From an uncultured Candidatus Saccharibacteria bacterium (GTDB taxonomy: Bacteria > Patescibacteriota > Minisyncoccia > JACQLN01), in contig CAYIPG010000001.1 in assembly GCA_964365305.1 (NCBI GenBank), positions 2,214 to 66,213 on the forward strand: a stretch of 64,000 bases of DNA. Reading direction: 5' to 3'. Below, in pieces: positions 47,843 to 56,328 of the stretch. Position 1 is the first letter of the stretch. Each line of letters starts with the position of its first letter. The notes below the pieces were generated by a model. That model did not search any database. It saw only the letters and a list, made by a program, of their open reading frames with translations, and had not been told where the DNA came from. Position numbers and translations under genes: made by a program.

Positions 47843-48810
47843 TTTTTTATTTCTTTTAACACTAATTCGCTTATATATACTTGCGTTCTCTCATTAGCTT
47901 CCTTGGTTGAACCGCCAAGATGAGGAACTATTATCAAATTACTGTTTTTCTTGGCGTACTCAACCAAGGGATTACTTCTTATATGGCCGCCATCCGGCAT
48001 TTCATTGCTTAGAGTGTCCAGAGCCGCGCCGGCTATACCCCCATCATTTAACGCATTAAACAGAGCCGCTTCGTCCGTAATTTCTCCCCGGGCAGTATTT
48101 ATAAAAATAGCGCTCGGCTTCATCATTTTAAAATGTTTTTCTTTAATCATCCCGAAAGTTGAATCATTGTAAACCGAGTGCAAGGAAACAATATCTGATT
48201 TTCTCAAAACATCCGCCAAACCCGCCTTACGAACACCATATTCTTTCATCTCCTTGCGACTAATAAAAGGGTCGTGGGCTAAAACCTTCATACCAAAGGC
48301 CATGCTGTATTTAGACACCATTTTACCCAAACGGCCAAAACCGATAAGACCGATAGTTTTGTTATAAAGTTCAACCCCGGCATATTTTTTTCTATCCCAT
48401 TCGCCTTTTTTAATTGAGTCAAAAGCTGCCGGTATATTCCTTAACAGAGCCAACACCAAAGCAATAGTTTCCTCGGCTGTGGAGTAAGTTTTTTTAAGAA
48501 CGGGAGAACCGGCCTTAATATTAATTATATTAATACCTCTCCTGCGACATTCATCCAAATCAATATAACGCAGTTGTGTTGTCCTGGAACCCACCAATTT
48601 CAAGTTGATGGCTTTGTCCAAAACATCCTTACTAAGCTTAACTTCAAGCCCGGTGACTAATACATCAGCTGATGCGAGATTACTAAAAAATGTTTTATTT
48701 GAAACAAAATCAATAACCCTGCCTCCTTTGGCAAGAATGTTTTTAGCTCTTAAATTGAAATCTTTTTCAGCAATTAGTATTGTAAGCATGGCCCATGTAT
48801 AATTTCTCAT
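47827..48810 (-). CDS. D-isomer-specific 2-hydroxyacid dehydrogenase family (second copy).
   Basis: IGLIGFGRLGKMVSKYSMAFGMKV and HLGGST motifs. Confidence 0.75.
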   Translation of the reverse strand: MRNYTWAMLTILIAEKDFNLRAKNILAKGGRVIDFVSNKTFFSNLASADVLVTGLEVKLSKDVLDKAINLKLVGSRTTQLRYIDLDECRRRGINIINIKAGSPVLKKTYSTAEETIALVLALLRNIPAAFDSIKKGEWDRKKYAGVELYNKTIGLIGFGRLGKMVSKYSMAFGMKVLAHDPFISRKEMKEYGVRKAGLADVLRKSDIVSLHSVYNDSTFGMIKEKHFKMMKPSAIFINTARGEITDEAALFNALNDGGIAGAALDTLSNEMPDGGHIRSNPLVEYAKKNSNLIIVPHLGGSTKEANERTQVYISELVLKEIKKWKIK

Positions 48811-48878
48811 ATACTATAACATCTAGCAACCATGTCTTGTTTTTGGATGTTATAGTAATAGATTAACATAAAATAAAA

Positions 48879-49619
48879 ATGCGCTATTTTACAGCTGATG
48901 AAATAAAAAACACAAATAGAAAAGAGGTCACAGAAGTATTAAAAGGGTGCGCCGGAAAAAATGTAAAATATTATTTTGGAATAAAGGTGTTTAAAAAATA
49001 CTCCGATTTTGCATTGATAACGCACGATGCCAAAATATTAGACCTCGGAACAGCCAGCGGAGCTTTTACAAAACAGCTATACAATTTGGGCTATAAAAAT
49101 ATATTCGCGCACGATATAGACAATTACCTCCCTAATGAGGTGAAAGAAATTGTGAAAGAATACAAACTATCGGATCTAAGCACAGAAAAAAACCCTTGGG
49201 ATGATAACTTTTTTGACGCTATAACCGCTTGGTGTGTTTTACCGCATTTAGAAAATCCGTTCCATTGCGCTAGAGAGCTCTGGCGTGTTCTAAAACCCGG
49301 TGGAATATTTATGTTCACAACTCCTCATATTCTTTCAAAACCAAGCATGGCTTTCTTTCTAAAAAAGAAATATTTCGCGGGGTACAGACCAACCAATAAC
49401 CATATAGCGTTGCTTCCTTTAAGTATTTTGGAGAAAACTATTTTTAGAGGTTTTGAGCTTATTGGAATAGAATATCTGGTTACACCAAAAGTAAACCGGG
49501 GCGCTAAGGGTAAATTAAGGAAATTACTGATTGACTTAAGTAAGTATAATAAATGGCTAAAAAAATTTCTTGAAAAAAGATGGGCTTATAATATCTGCTA
49601 TATCATACGCAAAATTTAA
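48879..49619 (+). CDS. Class I SAM-dependent methyltransferase (paralog of 46049-46786).
   Basis: ILDLGTASGAF and ITAWCVLPHLENP. Confidence 0.55.
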   Translation: MRYFTADEIKNTNRKEVTEVLKGCAGKNVKYYFGIKVFKKYSDFALITHDAKILDLGTASGAFTKQLYNLGYKNIFAHDIDNYLPNEVKEIVKEYKLSDLSTEKNPWDDNFFDAITAWCVLPHLENPFHCARELWRVLKPGGIFMFTTPHILSKPSMAFFLKKKYFAGYRPTNNHIALLPLSILEKTIFRGFELIGIEYLVTPKVNRGAKGKLRKLLIDLSKYNKWLKKFLEKRWAYNICYIIRKI

Positions 49620-50973
49620 GCATGATTTTAGCCAATCTTTCGGCCGATTTTCCATCCCTTTTCCAGCAAATATCCTCGGCAACTTTTTTTCTTTCATCCA
49701 TGTCTAAATCAGGATCTGAAAGATAACCCTTTAGATATTGGGATAACTCGTTTTCGTTATAAGCAATTTTAACTCCCTTACTTTTTATTAACGGCTGTAA
49801 GTGTTCCAGTTTAAAGAATTTTCTAATACTTTCCTTCTCACTAACACTTTTTATCTTATCAAAACCTATAAGAATGACGGGTTTATCAAAAAATAACGCG
49901 TCCATAGCTATGGTTGATGGACCAGGCAACACAACATCGCTATTACAAATTAAATTCATAAGATGTTGATCCGCGTTTTTATCAAGCTCGCCCTTGCCAA
50001 AAAGCGTCTTTGGATAATCTAACTTAAAATTAGAAGGGAGTTTCAAACTACTTATATCTACTTGACCTATCACGGGCAATCTGATTAAAACTTGAACTTT
50101 GTTCGGATCCAAACATCTCAATAATTCAAGAACATACTCATTATAACTAACACTGTCTTTGCTAAATTGTTTCTGTAAGAAACTATCGGCAATAGTTATA
50201 AACAGTACGGTTTTTTTGCTTGGATCCAGACCAATTTTATTAAAAAAAACATCTCGAGGTGTTACCGCTATATTCAAGTAGTTATCATAGTGGGGAATAC
50301 CAACTATTTCTATGTTTTTCTCTGCTACTCTATTGTATTTTTCGCATTCCTCTTTCATAATCTCATTCTGTACAATAATCCTATCTGGAATTTCCCTAAT
50401 TATTCCCCGTCCGGTCAAATTATCCCACGATCTGACCATACCTACGACAAAAATACCTCTTTTTTTGGACTCTCTGATTAAGTCCAGATCGCTTTCCCCC
50501 TCGCTCCTATCAGTTATATCGGTTGAGAAAACTAAAACTGGATTATACTGGTCAAAATAAACGCCAAACCGGTTTTTAGGCAGAAAACAATAATCCAAAG
50601 TCCTTAGCGCGCCCTTAGCTAACTTAGAATTACCGAATAAGACCGTTAAAACACGGCTCATAAAATACTGAACCATTCCAGAAAATGTGTTTAGTTTTAA
50701 TCTTAATCTAAGAAAAATTTTAACAGTGTTGGTATTGAGTAAAGCGCGAGACAAAAAACCAAAAAAAATCTTAACCGTGGATAATGGCGGAACTATTACT
50801 CCTTCAATAATTAGATTGGCATGCCCAAAATTTTTCTCTAAGTAATTTTTTTCGCTCACCGGCGCCAATATCACTATCCTGACACTCCCAGAAGAGAGAA
50901 TCTTTAAAAAATCGGTGGCCAAGATATTTCTGACCACGAAATTAGAAAAAACGCTAACAAAAACTGTTTTCAT
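49603..50973 (-). CDS. TagF-like CDP-alditol phosphotransferase family GT-B protein (paralog 4).
   Basis: RSWDNLTGRGIIREIPDRIIVQN and SDVVLPGPSTIAMDALFFDKPVILIGFD motifs. Confidence 0.5.
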   Translation of the reverse strand: MKTVFVSVFSNFVVRNILATDFLKILSSGSVRIVILAPVSEKNYLEKNFGHANLIIEGVIVPPLSTVKIFFGFLSRALLNTNTVKIFLRLRLKLNTFSGMVQYFMSRVLTVLFGNSKLAKGALRTLDYCFLPKNRFGVYFDQYNPVLVFSTDITDRSEGESDLDLIRESKKRGIFVVGMVRSWDNLTGRGIIREIPDRIIVQNEIMKEECEKYNRVAEKNIEIVGIPHYDNYLNIAVTPRDVFFNKIGLDPSKKTVLFITIADSFLQKQFSKDSVSYNEYVLELLRCLDPNKVQVLIRLPVIGQVDISSLKLPSNFKLDYPKTLFGKGELDKNADQHLMNLICNSDVVLPGPSTIAMDALFFDKPVILIGFDKIKSVSEKESIRKFFKLEHLQPLIKSKGVKIAYNENELSQYLKGYLSDPDLDMDERKKVAEDICWKRDGKSAERLAKIMLKFCV

Positions 50974-50980
50974 TGGTTAG

Positions 50981-51691
50981 TTATAGTATTAGGAATGATC
51001 GGGCGATTTCCAAGTCAAAGGGATCGTTTATATCATGAGCGCTTTTCGTGTCTATCTCAAAACCCACCGCTTGGCCTAATTCAATCTTTTTTTCCTTCAA
51101 AAACAAATCTCGTTTAAACCACCATAAATTACCATGAGCGTATCTTTTAGGATCAAGTTGCCTGCTGGGATGAGCATAATGCAATTCTGGATTATCAAAT
51201 CGTAAATAACCGTTAGAATCAATATGACGAACATGGTAAGGATGAAAAACACGGGGCACGGCTATAACAGTTTTTCCCGAATCCGCCTTTTTGGATATAA
51301 TTAAGTCAAGTGTTTTATCTATTTGTTCAGGTTTTATAAAAGGAGTGGTAGGTTCAATCAGTAGAATATATTCAGGTTTATAATTCTGGTTTTGTTCTAA
51401 CCATAAAAGAGCGTGCTCAATAACCGGTATGGTCGGCGTGTTGTCTTGGGCTAATTCCTGGGGGCGCAGGAATGGTATTTCGGCTCCCCACTGCTGGGCC
51501 ACATCAGCAATTTCTTTATCATCGGTGGTAACAATTAATCGTTTAACCGAATTACTGCTCTTTATCGCTTCGAGACAATACGCCATCAGCGGCTTTCCGC
51601 CAAGATCCGCGATGTTTTTACGGGGGATGGATTTGGATCCGCCTCTAGCGGGAACAATCGCTAATGTTTCAATTTTATTATAAACATTCAT
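50981..51691 (-). CDS. Third acylneuraminate cytidylyltransferase-family protein.
   Basis: LAIVPARGGSKSIPRKNI...LIVTTDD. The track ORF extends to 51805. I place the start at the internal ATG (51691-51689, MNVYNKIETLAIV) by comparison with the paralogs and to avoid overlapping the sqdB-like stop. Confidence 0.7.
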   Translation of the reverse strand: MNVYNKIETLAIVPARGGSKSIPRKNIADLGGKPLMAYCLEAIKSSNSVKRLIVTTDDKEIADVAQQWGAEIPFLRPQELAQDNTPTIPVIEHALLWLEQNQNYKPEYILLIEPTTPFIKPEQIDKTLDLIISKKADSGKTVIAVPRVFHPYHVRHIDSNGYLRFDNPELHYAHPSRQLDPKRYAHGNLWWFKRDLFLKEKKIELGQAVGFEIDTKSAHDINDPFDLEIARSFLIL

Positions 51692-51761
51692 AGATAAAAC
51701 TATATATAATTGTAACCCAAAAATAAAGCCGGCGGTTTTTTGCCGATGGCTGTGTGTGATC

Positions 51762-53000
51762 CTATACAAAACGAACTTTTTCCCTACGCCCATCCCACTG
51801 GACATCGGGGATCAATACATCCTTTTTGGCCTCAATGCGATCTCGGCACTTCATTAGATCTAGAAGCATAACCTCCATCTCGGTTTCTATGTCATGGGTG
51901 GGTCGGTATCCCAAATCAAGAAGATGTCTATGGTCGGGGTTGTAATAATGTTCCTCCATTTCTTTGCGCGGATTCTCGAGATTGCGCACTTCCACCGGCA
52001 ATCCCAACCCACCGGCCACTTTCTTGATTTTCAGAGCCAACTCGGTGATATCATAGACCTCCTCGAACTGGTTGAAAACCCGATACTCACCGTTCCTAGA
52101 TGGGTTCTCAAGCGCGAGAGTCAGACACTGCATGGAATCCCGCAGGGGAAGGAAACCTCTTTTCTGATGTCCCTTCCCAAACGGCGTCAGCGGGTGTCCA
52201 ATGACGGCCTGACAGCAGAAACGGTTGATGGCTGTACCGAAGGCCTGATCAAAGTCCAGTCGTGTCAACAACTGTTTGTCATTGCCCATGGCATCGATGC
52301 GAGTACCAAAAACAACGCCCTGCATAATATCCGTGGCCCGCAGGCCCCAGATTTTGCAGGCAAACATAATGTTGTTAGAACTATGAACTTTGCTCCAGTG
52401 GTACCAACTTCCCGCTTGTCGTGGAAAAACCGCCTTGGGATATTTCTTCCCACGAAATTCGGCATCAAAGAAACCCTCTGGGATATCAACCGGTGGCGTG
52501 CCGTACTCACCCATTGTCCCCAACTTGACCAGATGGGCCTGTGGGCAAATATCCCGCATAGCAAAGATCAAATTGAGAGTTCCAACAATGTTGTTGGTCT
52601 GGACGAACGCAGCGTGTTTGGCGCTCATCATAGAATACGGCGCCGATGGGCATTCACCCAAATGCACCACAGCATCGGGTTGGAACTCGCGAAAAACCCG
52701 TTCAACCAGATCGTAATCACGGAGATCCCCTTCCCAAAAACGCAATTCTCTCCCAAAACGCTTTTTGAAAGCTGGTAATCGTTCTTTCATTAAACAGATA
52801 GGTATGGCACTCCAGGAACCCATTTCTTCCACCCACACCCGGCGGGAAAAATTATCCACCCCCGCCACCTTATGACCTCTAGCCGTTAAATGCTGCGCCA
52901 AAGACCAACCTAAATACCCGTCCACTCCAGCAATCAAAATTTTCATTTTATGGTCTCCTTTTTTAGAGATTGATGAAGGTTGCTTGATCGTTTTTTTCAT
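51762..53000 (-). CDS. sqdB: UDP-sulfoquinovose synthase (SQD1/SqdB).
   Basis: Near-colinear match to remembered SQD1 signature blocks: HLVKLGTMGEYGTP, WYHWSKVHSSNNIMFACKIWGLRATD, QGVVFG, RLDFDQAFGTAINRFCCQAVIGHPLT.FGKGHQKRG, RVFNQFEE and EEHYYNPDH. The gene is visibly more GC-rich than its neighbours. Confidence 0.85.
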   Translation of the reverse strand: MKKTIKQPSSISKKGDHKMKILIAGVDGYLGWSLAQHLTARGHKVAGVDNFSRRVWVEEMGSWSAIPICLMKERLPAFKKRFGRELRFWEGDLRDYDLVERVFREFQPDAVVHLGECPSAPYSMMSAKHAAFVQTNNIVGTLNLIFAMRDICPQAHLVKLGTMGEYGTPPVDIPEGFFDAEFRGKKYPKAVFPRQAGSWYHWSKVHSSNNIMFACKIWGLRATDIMQGVVFGTRIDAMGNDKQLLTRLDFDQAFGTAINRFCCQAVIGHPLTPFGKGHQKRGFLPLRDSMQCLTLALENPSRNGEYRVFNQFEEVYDITELALKIKKVAGGLGLPVEVRNLENPRKEMEEHYYNPDHRHLLDLGYRPTHDIETEMEVMLLDLMKCRDRIEAKKDVLIPDVQWDGRREKVRFV

Positions 53001-53049
53001 AAAAAGAGCAAAAATAACCTTAACATTTGTATAAACTTAAGTAAAGACA

Positions 53050-53730
53050 TCAAATTTTGGTGTGCAAACCGCATTCACCGCCAATATGGGCTGTGCCGCT
53101 AAATCGACCTGCTCTTTCAAATTGTCCTTGTCTACCGCCACCCTCTCGGGTTTTACCAGATGTAGTGCATGGCTTACAACCCAAGGAAAGGTAACCTTGA
53201 CCGTAAAGAGGGTGGTGTCTTAAATTATTTTCTTTTATGTATTGCCACACATCCTCTTTAGTCCAAAAAGCAATTGGATTTATCTTGGCAATTTTACCAT
53301 CTTCAACCAGTGGAGTATTTTTTCTGTATTCTGTTTCATCCCTCCGCAATCCAGTAATCCATGCATCATAATTACCCAAAACAGCATTTATTGCTGGTAT
53401 CTTCATTTCACAACATTTATACTGATCATTTTTTATGAAAGAAGCGCCATAATACTCATTTATTTTTTTCTCGTCCTCTTCACTGGGACGAGTCCATTTA
53501 AAATTCATCTTTAAGTCGCTCACTAGAGAAGCGGCGAAAGATAGGGTTTCTTCAAACTCGTATCCCGTATCTATACCCACAAACTGAAAATCCGGATTTA
53601 TCTGCCTTACCAAATCCACTATAACTACCGAGTCCTTACCAAAAGAGCAGGCCGCAAAAATATGTGGATACGCTTTGGCCGCCAATGTTATTAGGCCTTT
53701 GGAAACATCTGTTTTCTCTTTGAGAGTCAT
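53050..53730 (-). CDS. cysH: Assimilatory APS/PAPS reductase (CysH family, Fe-S type).
   Basis: SFGKDSVV (PP-loop, cf. SGGKDS), KCCEMK (CC pair), SLGCKPCT (CxxC) and the C-terminal ECGLH motif. Confidence 0.8.
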   Translation of the reverse strand: MTLKEKTDVSKGLITLAAKAYPHIFAACSFGKDSVVIVDLVRQINPDFQFVGIDTGYEFEETLSFAASLVSDLKMNFKWTRPSEEDEKKINEYYGASFIKNDQYKCCEMKIPAINAVLGNYDAWITGLRRDETEYRKNTPLVEDGKIAKINPIAFWTKEDVWQYIKENNLRHHPLYGQGYLSLGCKPCTTSGKTREGGGRQGQFERAGRFSGTAHIGGECGLHTKI

Positions 53731-53763
53731 ATAGATTTAATTATTTGGTTAATTATAATATTT

Positions 53764-54921
53764 TTAACTCAACCTTTTCTCCAAAAGTTTCCTGTTTATT
53801 TTTACTGACTTTAAAATCTTCACTATCCTTTCCGAAGCCCGACCATCGCCCAAATGCGGCTTGATATTTTTAAGTTTTTGCCTAAAAATCTTATTTGCCA
53901 AAACATATCTTATCTTTTCGATTACATCGGTTTTATTATGATTTGAATCAACCACATTACTGGATCTAGATCGGCCGGTTTGACGATGACCGATATTCAC
54001 CGCCGGCAATTTTAGGTAAGGGGCTTCTACCAAAGCTCCAGAGGAATTACCAATCATAGCTTTAGCCGCGGCCATCAAACCCAAAAAATCCAAATTTTCT
54101 ATATTCTTATAAATTTTGAAATTAGAGTCGTGATCAACTTCATGGATGGCCTTGATAATTCCTTCGTAACCCGGATCGGAACAAGGATAAAGCAGAACTG
54201 ATTTAAAATCTAACGATTTGATCGCGCCAAGAATTAACTTCATATCTTCATAGTTCTCTCGGCTAGTTTTCATTGTTTCAGGATGGTAAATGGTAATAAA
54301 AAAATCTTCACCGGGCCAAGCGTATTTAGCCGCAGCCGCCTTAGGAACAGTAAATATTCTCTTAATAATACGATCTATATAAACCGAACCGACTGTGTGA
54401 ATGCGCCACGACTCTTCGCCCAACGACCTAACAATTTGGGCCGCTCTTTTAGTTTCCGGAAAATGAATGTGAGCTAACTTAGTAATAGCGTGCCGTTGAA
54501 CATCGTCTACATTACCGGACGACTCACCACCTTGGGTGTGAGCAATGGGTATATTCAAAGACAAAGCCGCAAAGGCAATCATCAAATGTTCCCCGCGGTC
54601 GGCGTGCACCAAAACAATATCAGGCCTTAATTTATTAAGAACCGACACGCTCCTAGTCAGACACAAACCCAAATTCTCGGCCCTGATGACCGCCGAATCT
54701 CCACGGCCAGTGCCTATATCAATAACCTCTATTTTTGACTTTGGGAAAAGATTATTTGCCTCGTCGACAGTTTTTCCAAACTGCGGTGAGGCATGCATAT
54801 CAGAAAGAAGAAGCTGTAATTCCAAACCCGGGTCTTTTTCAATTAGTTTTATAAGTTCAGAATAAGCGCCTAGGCCACCCCTCTTGCCCGAAAAAACACA
54901 GATTTTTCTTTTTTTTTTCAT
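53764..54921 (-). CDS. Second UDP-N-acetylglucosamine 2-epimerase, hydrolysing type (NeuC-like).
   Basis: IAHTQGGE...RHAITKLAHIHF...VGSVYIDR, colinear with the 8945-10207 protein. Confidence 0.75.
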   Translation of the reverse strand: MKKKRKICVFSGKRGGLGAYSELIKLIEKDPGLELQLLLSDMHASPQFGKTVDEANNLFPKSKIEVIDIGTGRGDSAVIRAENLGLCLTRSVSVLNKLRPDIVLVHADRGEHLMIAFAALSLNIPIAHTQGGESSGNVDDVQRHAITKLAHIHFPETKRAAQIVRSLGEESWRIHTVGSVYIDRIIKRIFTVPKAAAAKYAWPGEDFFITIYHPETMKTSRENYEDMKLILGAIKSLDFKSVLLYPCSDPGYEGIIKAIHEVDHDSNFKIYKNIENLDFLGLMAAAKAMIGNSSGALVEAPYLKLPAVNIGHRQTGRSRSSNVVDSNHNKTDVIEKIRYVLANKIFRQKLKNIKPHLGDGRASERIVKILKSVKINRKLLEKRLS

Positions 54922-54927
54922 TATTTT

Positions 54928-56328
54928 TTATTTATATAACTTTAATTTAAAAAGATAATCTTTAAAGAGAATTATGATATTTTTATAAAGGCCGACTGCA
55001 AAAAAAACATCATCGCGATTAAATACAAAAATCTCTTTAACTCTTATTTTTAAATAAGGACGCGCCTTAACTAACCAGTAATAAAACAGGATCGTTGTAA
55101 TAGCATAGGTTATAACATACTCTAACGCCGCGCCCCACACTCCAAGAATAGGCAAAAGCAAAGCCAATAAGCCAATAGATAAAAAAGTATTATCAAATGA
55201 GCGAATAAATAATATGCGCTGTTCTTGTAAAGCTATTATCATCATACGCAAAACCTTGTAAAAACCATACAAGAAAAAAACAACTGACATGAGCTTAATG
55301 AGGGATACCGCCTCGCTATATTTTGGGAAAAAGTAATGTATAACCATAGGCACAAAAATAAAAAAACAGATACCCAGTAAAAGACCCAAAAAAGAAGAAT
55401 ATTTCAACATTCTAGCAAAAATATGCCTTAATCTTTTATGATCATCTAACTCTCTAGGCAATAAAAGACCCATGGTTCCTATCGGAAATAAAGTAATTAT
55501 AAAGGCCAGCGCAGATCTGGCTAAACTGTATATAGCCACGGCCTCTGTGTTCAGAAAAAACTTTACTAGCCATAACCTGGTGCTACTGGATAACTTAGAT
55601 AAAATATTTCTAAGCAACACCCATAAACCATGTGCTTTTACAAGCGGCCATAAAATGCCATTACTTGCAAGCGCTGATTGAGCGAAAAGTTTAAAGTAGG
55701 CCTTTATAAAATAAAAACTGGAAAATGCCAAAGCGCAGAATTGAGAAACAATGTGAATAATTAAAACAGTTTTTATGTTTAAACCCTGCTTGGTAATAAA
55801 CAGAGTGACTATAATTAAAGTTTTTACAAGCTCACCCGCTAATGGAACCGATAAATTTAAAAAAGAAATTTTAGATCTAAAAAAAGAATCCTGCACCGAC
55901 TGCATGCTCTCAATAAGTATCATTATGCTGGCGATTTTAATATAAATCCCCAGACCCTGGCTATAATAGTTAGAAATAATATCTGCTCCCAAAAAAACCA
56001 AAATCGCAAGTATTACCCCCAAAACCGTTTTAGCTCCAGCATATTCCAAAAACAACCGTTTAGCTGACCTTATATTTAACTGTCCAATAAACCTGCTTAA
56101 GCTAACTTCCACAATAGAATCTATTCCACCCGAAGTCAGACTGCTGGCTATGGTTATAAAAGAAATCACTAGCTGATATAAACCAAAATCATAAACGGTC
56201 AGCAAAGTCAAAATCATGGCGGAATTTATCAAAACAACAAATTTTACGGATAAATTCCAAAAACCGGAAATGACTTCCCCTTCTATCAAATTTCTTGCCA
56301 AAGAATGTCCTTTTATTTCCATATTCAA
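54928..56328 (-). CDS. Wzx-like polysaccharide flippase (MOP superfamily).
   Basis: 466 aa, about 12-14 TM helices, no soluble domain; sits in the operon between glycosyltransferases and NeuC. Confidence 0.5.
   Translation of the reverse strand: MNMEIKGHSLARNLIEGEVISGFWNLSVKFVVLINSAMILTLLTVYDFGLYQLVISFITIASSLTSGGIDSIVEVSLSRFIGQLNIRSAKRLFLEYAGAKTVLGVILAILVFLGADIISNYYSQGLGIYIKIASIMILIESMQSVQDSFFRSKISFLNLSVPLAGELVKTLIIVTLFITKQGLNIKTVLIIHIVSQFCALAFSSFYFIKAYFKLFAQSALASNGILWPLVKAHGLWVLLRNILSKLSSSTRLWLVKFFLNTEAVAIYSLARSALAFIITLFPIGTMGLLLPRELDDHKRLRHIFARMLKYSSFLGLLLGICFFIFVPMVIHYFFPKYSEAVSLIKLMSVVFFLYGFYKVLRMMIIALQEQRILFIRSFDNTFLSIGLLALLLPILGVWGAALEYVITYAITTILFYYWLVKARPYLKIRVKEIFVFNRDDVFFAVGLYKNIIILFKDYLFKLKLYK

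Noticed and set aside
51894-52778. 294-aa plus-strand ORF, and the shorter ORFs at 52265-52564 and 52390-52716, inside sqdB.
   Set aside because: They lie entirely within the strongly supported SQD1-like gene on the opposite strand. Long antisense ORFs are expected here because this segment is GC-richer. They have no recognisable motifs.
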